A stretch of 64,000 nt of DNA from Mobula hypostoma (taxonomy: Eukaryota), in contig NC_086097.1 in assembly GCF_963921235.1 (NCBI RefSeq), positions 231,510,001 through 231,574,000 on the forward strand, read 5' to 3'. Under the pieces are notes generated by a model that ran no database searches, was not told where the DNA came from, and was given only the letters and a program-made list of their open reading frames with translations. Positions 54,931-64,000 of the stretch are shown here, piece by piece. The number at the start of each line of letters is the position of its first letter. The first letter of the stretch is position 1. A program made the position numbers and the translations under genes.

Positions 54931-55586
54931 TCCCTTTATACTTAATGAAATTGACACACTGTTCTTGAGAATGCATCCTGAAATTTCAGAGAAGGATTAC
55001 TATGCAACTTGCACTTGTGGCGAAGAGTAGTCCGCTATTGGAATAATTGACTAATAACTTGTGAGAAGCGTTGACGTAGCACCCTATTGCAACAGCCAGG
55101 TATTAGTAATAATTCAGAAATATATTGAGGTATAATATCTTAAAATGTCTCTGTAATGCTTGTAAAATAGCATTATAATGGTTATTTTGATAAGTACATG
55201 ATGGAAGGGTCATGGTGGTCTATCAAGCAGCTGGGGGTTGATGAGTCTAGGCAAAATTGGGCACAAACTAGATGCATCGAAGGACCTGTAGCTATGTGCT
55301 TAGTGCTCTATGGCTATAATGGTGAGTTGAAACAGCAGAAAGCTTTCATTAGACTTTATTTTGTTTAATGTGGCATGATAGCTGGTGAGTTTAAAGGATT
55401 TTGAGCATGTGACAGAGACTCTTTATCACCACAAAGATTGAACTACATAGCATAACAACTTGAAAGTGAGTGAGACCATAAATGCAGTTGACCTAACTCC
55501 TTTACAATAATGTCAAATATGATATTATTCAGTAAAATGCTCACTTCTGTGGTTTTTATCATTAAAAATGGACTCTTGTATTGCAG

Positions 55587-55687
55587 GCAGTGGAAATATT
55601 ACTCCCCTTCAACGAGACAAGGACAATACCAATGTCAATGCTGATGTACAGAAGCTCCAGCAACAGTTGCAGGATATCAAGGAGCAG
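55587..55687 (+). CDS. mib1: mib1 coding exon (about exon 20), coiled coil
   Basis: ttgcag| and |gtaaaa, 101 bp. (S)[33 protein letters not shown]. Confidence 0.96.
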
Positions 55688-56279
55688 GTAAAATGCTACC
55701 GTGAATGAGATTGGATCTCATTGTAATTTCTCGTTTCAAAAACCAGAATCCAAACATCTAATGCTCAATTTTTAAATGCAGTGCAGATTAAATTAATAAG
55801 ATCTGCTTTCAGAAATGATTAATACAAACAACTAGTGTCCACTCCAAGTTCATCTTAGATCTTTTTCTTTTTTAAGAATAATAGTTCTTAAAGATTTCTC
55901 CAGATTACTGTTCTAATTTGGTAATTATTGGGAGTTTGGCGAGTGGGGGAAACACTTAATTTATTACACTGAAGTTGTGGCATGGATTTATAGAAAAAAA
56001 TAAATCCGGCCCTGATTATGAGACATAGATTACCTCATAAATGCAATCCTCTTCGCAAATTTTGGAATCAGAGTTATTTCATTCAGATTTGATATTTTTA
56101 AAAAAGCACAGGAATACAGCTAGAGGCATTATTTAAACACAAGGATGTATTTGCTAGTCATTCATTAATAATTTGAGTGCAAGTGCTCCAGTTTTAAAAT
56201 TCTGTAACTCATTTTTTCTATTTCTGTATTCTATTTCTTGGTCAACTCGTTTAACCCAGTGGAATCAAATGTTTTTTTC

Positions 56280-57109
56280 GGCAATTGCCTCTGACGTGGG
56301 CCGACATTTACGTGCTAGGCGGCAGCTAATTAATTAGCTTGTTTATTTCAGCTTTTTTCTTAAAGGTGTGCTGGGTGCGTTCTGGCTACCGCTGTACCAC
56401 TGCATTCTTCGCAGCCCAGAGGTTGGGGACCACTGAATTATAAGTCACTTATAAGGCAATAGCATCATAACATTTTAAGTAACGTTTGGATGTTAAACAC
56501 GCAGCGCATATTTTCCTCATGTGAACATATAAAATCATTGCAACACACCAGTACCGCTGAATCAGTGGGAGCTCTAGGCTTGTTTTCCTGCAACAATATG
56601 GTCCTAGGAGACAGCGATACTCAAAGGGGGTTCCTTATGTCCGGTCTATTCTGCAATTCAGTTTTCCTTGCATTCATTGCAAAAAACTCTGCTTCGCAGC
56701 GATATGATGTTGGAAATGGAAGCAACGTTTTCAGTGCTTTCGTGGCTATCTCAGGATATTCAGCCTTGACCTTGATCTAGAATGCCGGCAGAGATGTTAC
56801 GTCAAACATACTTTTCAGCCCACCATCATTTGCAAGCTCGAGGAGTTGATCTTCTTCCCGCGCTGACATGGATGATTCACCGGGGACATTCACAAATGGG
56901 TCACGGACCCATTCCTTTGCATGTCTTGGGTCATTTGCGTCTTGGGTCACTGATGACTTCGCGTGCGTAATAACCTCGTGTGCATTGAAGTTCAACAGTG
57001 GACGTGACAGGGAATGAGGAAAGGTGCAGCTGACTCATATCGTCAAATCATATAGTTTCCTTGCGGCCCGGTAGCACGTGCTTTGCAGCCTGGTGGTTGG
57101 GATCCACTG
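56280..57109 (-). mobile_element. Charlie/Buster-type hAT derivative plus a partial related MITE (56280-56435)
   Basis: EWVRDPF..EEDQLLELANDGGLK..F*IKVKAEYPEIATKALK resembles the hAT dimerisation region. TIR-like ends ggttggggaccactg (56435) and ggttgggatccactg (57109). Confidence 0.8.
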
Positions 57110-58362
57110 CCATAGGCCTTATTTCTCAAACAACGCCAAAGCATTTTTCTCTAGGTATTTTTCTCAACCGTGTGTTCTGAGAAAGTAAAATGGAAATGAG
57201 AGACAAAAAGGCCAAGAGACTAGTTCTTCTGGATTTCTTTGCAGCAAAATCCTTGATCAGATCACTAAAGTCCAGTTTCCGAACAAGATCACTTTCAAGT
57301 GACATTAGAGTAAGATGACTCAGCCTGTCCTGTCCCATTGTGGATCTGAGCCTATGTAGTTGCCATTATCAGGCCTGCCAAATATGTCACTGGAGCCTCG
57401 GATAGCCAGTCCCCTCTCGACCTAAAACTTCACAACCACCAACACTCTTCTCAATACGTGGGTCCAGTAGACAAACGCTGACTCGAACTGTTTTTGCAGT
57501 TCTGTATCTATTCTTCCGCTGTCAGACACTAGTGTAACGTAGGTCAGTATCGTTTTCCTGTGGTGTTCGCTATTTTCATGCTCTCCTATGTGCTCAGCGG
57601 CATGTTTCCAGTTGCTAAAGCCAATTTCAAAGATGGACTGATAGTTACCATCACTGAAGATGCAGCATGCAAAACAAAACACACAGCCGGTGGAAGGGGA
57701 ATATAAGAGCCATTGCCTTGATATGTACTCAACATTTACGAGCTTGCGTTTGAAGTGAAATTTGGAGAAAAAACGTCTCTGCTGTTTGTATACTCATTCC
57801 GAAGCTTTGATATCCACATCCTTATTCTGGCAGGACACTGGGACTTTCATAGCCCAGTACGCTCGGACTGAATCATCTAACGTTTCCTTTCCCCAGCGAG
57901 CAGGATCAGTGCTGTAAGGATCCTCAGTAGTGTTAACGTTAATGGCGGCCCGATTTAGTTGTTCGGAGGCCTCTGTGGTCAGGAATCCCAAAATCATGCT
58001 CTCTGCCTCTTCAATGTCAGCTGCTGACTGTGGCAAGGACGGTGGACCTCTGCTAACGCTGGTGCTGGTGCTGGCACAAGCTGTTGAACAAGTCTCCGTT
58101 TGTCCACCGGTCTCAGACTGTGACAAGAGTGATGGTACTGCTGCATTATCGAGAACAGGTTTAAAAAATTCTGTCAATTTCAGTGTCTTTTTTAATGCTT
58201 CTTTCTCATGGTCCTCTTTTTCTTGTTTCTTTTTTTCTTTTCTGTGCTCCACCCTTGTATTTTTTTTTGTCCGCCATGATGATGGCTACCTATTTTGGGC
58301 CCCTCTGCTGCTCAGGCCCCTGGGCTGCAGCCCAGCCTAGCCCTGCCTAAAGTCCAGCCCTG
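57110..58362 (-). mobile_element. Tip100/ZMYM1-like hAT transposon, internally deleted
   Basis: FCFACCIF..GFSNWKH..HENSEHH (TTF-type zinc finger) and MGQDRLSHLTLMSLE..FAAKKSR. Terminal repeat taaagtccagccctg ends at 58362. Confidence 0.85.
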
Positions 58363-59269
58363 CTCATAATGTGTGTCTTTTTCAGTATCTTTCACTGACC
58401 CTTGTATATTATTAAGGGTTTTAAGATGCTGTGATATAAAGTAAGAATAAGATTTTGTTGGTAAAAGCCATGAAATTTATAGCATCTGTGCATACATAAT
58501 CAGATTTGGAGGTCTGGAATTTAACTCACTGAGTCTTTCTGGTCTTTGTCTTTAATGACGTATTATTTTTAAATATTTCTAGTTGTTCTTAAAAGCATTA
58601 ATCTTGAAATACATAATTGGTTCTATTTCTTAATTTCTAAATATTTTATAATGTTGGAAGCATTCCAAACTGTTTTAAAGCCCCAATAGCTTTTACAGCT
58701 GACTGGTATTAAAGCTGACAGCAGGGTTTCAGGTAGGGTTTCTCCATTGTGTCATAGAGAAGGCCCTCCCACGGCTCAGGGCTTTATTGGTGCACTTAAG
58801 GGCCTTTCATACCAGCAAAAATAGTCATTTGTATTCAGATTAAGTAAGATTGGATTTGGAGTGATTGCAGCAAAATCTTACCTATTGTTCCCCTTAAATC
58901 CTGATACAAGGTAAATCCAGCTATGTATGGGGAAGTGGGTTCTACTAGCTTGTTGAAAATATTTTGACTGTTTATGTGTTTACCTCTTTGTTTCTTCCTG
59001 TACATTGCATTTAAACTGCATATAAAATGAAAATTTATTTAGTTCTGTGAAAATAGGAAATTGAGGAAGGTACTAAGTTCAAACCTTGAATGATTACCTA
59101 ATACAGCCTTCATGATTAGTATTTGCATGTGACAAAATTCCTGTTAGGCACATTCATTTTAGTGGAATGCCACTACATGTCAATAAAATCATCTGTGTGA
59201 AAATAAGACATTACCGTGCTTTCCTGCTAAAATGAATTGTATTTGATGTTCAGCAGAACATGTAGTTAA

Positions 59270-59437
<168 letters not shown>

Positions 59438-62400
59438 ACTGAGAAAGTATTGTCTGAGTACAAAACACAGAGCACTACACCTGTATCATAGTCCAGAGTA
59501 AATTATTTTTGGTAGCCCTTTTGTTTGTAGTATCATGGATGGATCATAAAGTCTGTAGCCTTTTCTATGTTATAATGTTACACTATGGGAACTTGACAAT
59601 TTATATGCACAGTTCTTTATAAGCAATCATCAAGGTGACATGTTGAGTTGGTTTGTATGGTTGGTATCAGCTCTCAACCTAGCTCCAATTGCATTCCTGC
59701 AGTTGATTTTTTTTAAATGCTCTTGGCTACAGTAGGAAAATAGCAATTTTTTTGTCTGATCAAGAACAAGATATAACTTCTGAGTTAAAGATTTTCTTGG
59801 TAATTTTTAAAATTTGTTTTAACAAATTCAAGGTATATGCATAAGTTCTTTTAAATGTGTTTAGGTTTGCAAACATATTTCTGTTACAGATGTGCTTAAT
59901 TCAGCAGAGGCTAATTTTCTGGAAATTTATCATCTGCAACTCAGTAATTCATCTTAAAAAAAGACATGAAATTAAATCTGTTTAAAATTTGCGATCCAGT
60001 TAATCTATTTTATCTGGAATACAGGTGTTTAAAATGTGCTGTTTTAAGGAGAATAATACCTCAGCAATTAATAGGGTGCTATCCTGGGTAGGATTGGGAA
60101 TTTTAAGTTGTTAAAATGTACCTTGTTATGCTGTCTAATTTTAATACTGCAGAATTCTCACCTTTTTTCTCCATAAAGCTGGCATCCGTTATAAAAATCC
60201 CCTTTAATTTGCAGGGTCTATCAACTAGAAGAGCATGATTAGGATGTCTTATTTTAGTAGCACCTTTGGTAAATTATCATTTATCAAATTTTGTGAAAAT
60301 ATTAAAATAGTAGTGTTTTAAATAAAAACCAAAACCAATTATGTTTGGTTTGTGCTGCAAAAGGTGATTTTGGGGGTGGGAGGGAATGAGATGTTTCTAG
60401 TAATTGATAGGTAAAAGGCAGCTGAAAACTTGCCATTCAGTGATAGGTTTTAAATGGTTTGGGCCTTGTACTGACAGAAATTAATGTTACATTTATAAAC
60501 TAGTTGAAATTGTTAATTGTGAATATATTGTTAATTTGGGAAGCAAGTGATTCTATATTTTTGCATGTTTGGACATATTGGTATACACTAGTTCAAATTG
60601 TAATCATGGTCTTCATTCTTACAGGGTTTAGGCACATAAAGATATATAAAAAACATATTTTCTTTGAGCGACGGCCTCTGTGCTTGGTAACAGTTCACAT
60701 CCAAAAAAAATTTGAAGTGTGCTCTAATGCATACACCAATCATATTTGCATTGCTGGATTGCTGAAATATAGAGTAACTTTAATTACGAACCATCTTGTA
60801 TGTTAGTTATGTTATGGGTCTAGTGCTTTTAAAGAAAGGGAATTTTTGAAGGAACGTATTATGCAAAATTAGGTTTAAGGTGGTTTATTGATGCCCACAA
60901 ACTTGTTCTCTTGAATTTTGTATGTTGATGCCATTTAAACATTTTAGCTCCAAATCAACTGAATATGCTGTCTGTCCCATCCATTGTCTTAAATGCAGTT
61001 ATAATTTGCAAAGAAAAGCTGCTATAATACTGTTGGCACCATCTTTCTGTAGAAATGAATATTGCATCTTGGAGATTCAATACAATGAGCTTCTAAATTT
61101 TATTATATGGAATAAAGTAATTCTGAAGTTCCAATTCCAGGTTAAATTTGAATTAAAATAGCTTCGATGAAGGAAAGGTGAGGGATCTGGATCAGTAACA
61201 GCGTTTGAAACAGTACTGAAATTATTTACAATTACATTGTAGATAAATTAAATACACAATTGCTAAATAATTTCTATTTTGAAATCTCTGGAATATGCAC
61301 GTCTCTATCATGTTTTTCTAGTAAACATGGCACTGGCACATTGATAAAGTAAATCCAGCAAGGTTTATGGCTTCCTTCATCCACAATAGCAATTCTGAAT
61401 GCCAGTTGAATACCTATCATCAGATTGAATAGTTTCAGTGTTCCTATTTTGAAAATGTACAGGGAAGCCTCTTTCACTATTTGGTTATTTGGGCCTCCTG
61501 TGTCTTGGTAAAACTATTTTCATTGCTCTGTCATTTCTGAGAAATTTGCAGCCTGCATGATGATTAAGGTTTTTTTAAAAGTTTTTAAGATTATCCTACA
61601 ATACAACTCATAATTGTTTTTCAGAATGGTTGAATGATTTAACTATTTCACTTCATTAAATTGTACAAATATATTGAACTTAAAATGTTGAAAAAATTGA
61701 AATAAGGTTTGCACAAGAACTTTTTTTCTCTAACTGCAACTCATAATTGAAATGAATAATTCCAAATTTCAGTTCTTGACTCCTAGGTTGTTAGCTTAAA
61801 GATCAGAAAACCACTGTATTTAATCTGTAAATATCTCTTGATTACAGTTCTGCCTTTATTGTCATTGAAAGTTATCAATAATAATATAGCATTTCAACAA
61901 TTATTCACACTACCTGAATACGTTTTTGATTGATTAAAATCAGTGTTCCTAGTACGCCCAAGTGGAACTGGAGTGATGGAAGTCAAAGGGTTAGTTGGGT
62001 GGGGAAGGGGAAAGATTGTGATGATGAGTTGTAACCAAGTAGATTTGAGGGAAATCATAATTCACAAACTTGGCTCTGTTTCTTACAAAAAGATTGTCAA
62101 ATAACTTCACATTTAGGTGAAACGTACTTCACAACTGTAAATTTTTGTTCATTTTCTACTCTGCAACTTATGCTGTACTGATTGCAATTGCAGGTTTGTT
62201 TTGCCTCATAAGCTATTTACTAGCAGTGAAATACACCAAGAACTAAGGATAACTGCTTCGTGATCATTTAGAATTTTGCCTAAGGATTTGATGCTGTAGT
62301 TTTTTTGTGTTAGTTGCTTATACTTTGGAATTTCATACATGATTAGCATTAATTTTGTGACAGAATGAACTTGCGTGTAAAGTTGTTAAGTCGTTAACTT

Positions 62401-62850
62401 ACTGCCTATTGATTATGTTATGTATAGTAATAATGTTGTTTTTGTAGCATTCATGCAAATTGCCTGAAAATACTTGTTTTTGCCAAATATTTAAACATTC
62501 AAAAGCTAATTACTAGTGGATAAGTTGACATTTTGAATTTATTTCTACCCTTTTGTTAACTGCCTTGTTTGTCTCTGTTTTGAAAAGAAATTTGTCTGCT
62601 TTTAAAGCAGTGTTTCCTTCATGAATTAAATTTCCTCTGTCTTATTCCTTGCAACATTAATGTAGTGGGTTAGGACTGGGAATTAAAGAACTTCGCCTTC
62701 TATGAGGTAAATTCTGACCAAACTGTCTCACTGCTCATTGTTTTTGCTATGTTGTTTAGTGTCTGAACTGTGCTTCTTAATGAAAATTGCACAACCAGGT
62801 CAAAGCTTTAGAAATAAAATGTCATTTATATCTTTTGGTTAACCTGCCTG
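59438..62850 (+). other. mib1: putative long mib1 3' UTR (end uncertain)
   Basis: AT-rich, no recognisable transposon after the stop. Candidate poly(A) signals AATAAA at 60321, 61111 and 62813, and ATTAAA at 61655. Confidence 0.55.
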
Positions 62851-62914
62851 ATTTTTAAAAACCAAGGAGGAAGAACATTTGAATCATAACTTGGGCACAA
62901 CACTTATCCATCAT

Positions 62915-64000
62915 TCGCAGTAGTAGTGAGGTTGGGGATGGCATTAAACAGGAAATTAGAAATGCGTGCAATAAAGGAACAGCAATTATAATGGGTGACT
63001 TCAATCTACATATAGATTGGGTAAACCAAATTGGTAAGGGTGCTGAGGAAGAGGATTTCTTGGAATGTATGTGAGATGGCTTTCTGAACCAACATGTGGA
63101 GGCCATTCTAGACTGGGTATTGAGCAATGAGGAAGGGTTAGTTAGCAATCATGTCGTGAGAGGCCCCTAGGGTAAGAGTGACCATAATATGGTGGAATTC
63201 TTCATTAAAATGGAGAGTGACATAGTTAATTCAGAAACAAAGGTTCTGAACTTAAAGAAGGGTAACTTTGAAGGTATGAGGTGTGAATTAGCTAAGATAG
63301 ACTGGCAAATGATACTTAAAGGGTTGATGGTGGATATGCAATGGCAAGCATTTAAAGATCGCATGGATGAACTACAACAATTGTTCATCCCAGTTTGGCA
63401 AAAGAATTAAACCAGGGAAGGTAGTGCACCCGTGGCTGACAAGGGAAATTAAGGATAGTATCAATTCCAAAGAAGAAACATACAAATTAGCCAGTAAAAG
63501 TGGCTCACCTGAGGACTGGGAGAAATTCAGAGTCCAGCAGAGGAGGACAAAGGGCTTAATTAGGAAGGGGAAAAAAGATTATGAGAGAAAGCTGGCTGGA
63601 AACATAAAAACTGACTGTAAAAGGTTTTATAGATATGTGAAAAGAAAAAGATCGTTTAAGACAAATGTAAGTCCCTTACAGTCAGAAACAGGTGAATTGA
63701 TCATGGGAAACAAGGACGTGGCAGACCAATTGAATAACTAACAACAGGTATTCCGCAGATGCTGGAAATTCAAGCAATGCTGCCTGGCCTGCTGCGTTCA
63801 CCAGCAACTTTGATGTGTGTCAATTGAATAACTACTTTGGTTCTGTCTTCACTAAGGAGGACATAAATAATCTTCCGGAAATAGGGGACCGAGGGTCTAT
63901 TGAGATGGAGGAACTGAGGGAAACACATGTTAGTAGGGAAGTGGTGTTAGGTAAATTGAAGGGATTAAAGGCAGATTAATCCCCAGGGCCAGATGTTCTG
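62915..64000 (+). mobile_element. CR1 LINE ORF2 (endonuclease/linker), runs off the window
   Basis: IIMGDFN, SDHNMVEF and YERKLAGNIKTDCKRFYRYVK. Confidence 0.88.
63740..63820. mobile_element. short internally inverted Penelope 3'-end insertion within a CR1
   Basis: Minus-strand 3' end joined to a plus-strand internal piece. TSD caattgaataact at 63727-63739 and 63821-63833. Confidence 0.85.

Noticed and set aside
55587..55590. Alternative acceptor cag|gcag| shifted by 4 nt
   Set aside because: It would frameshift before RING3. The upstream AG preserves the conserved frame.

Overview
Vertebrate genomic DNA, not prokaryotic. The repeat landscape of CR1 LINEs with (tttctatg)n tails, Penelope-like elements and tRNA-derived SINEs suggests a cartilaginous fish, probably a ray (inference). 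The window holds the 3' half of mib1 (Mind bomb 1, the Notch-ligand E3 ubiquitin ligase) on the + strand: nine coding exons equivalent to human exons 13-21, from 21805 to the stop at 59437, then about 3.5 kb of transposon-free putative 3' UTR. Positions 1-21804 are part of one large intron, which in other vertebrates hosts the antisense miR-1/miR-133a cluster. I did not find those miRNAs here, only muscle-type motif clusters. The introns are packed with CR1 and Rex/Babar LINEs, SINEs, and Harbinger, hAT and Tc1 remnants. The most interesting signal is a young Neptune-type Penelope-like retroelement family whose 134-nt terminal module begins with a minimal type-I hammerhead ribozyme motif (AGTC-CTGACGA-stem II-GAA-ACGT-C-GACT). 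The module occurs as a solo insertion, as fold-back hairpins, and as a 202-nt tandem retrozyme-like mini-element, each with target-site duplications. Exon coordinates were counted from splice sites; most transposon boundaries are approximate.
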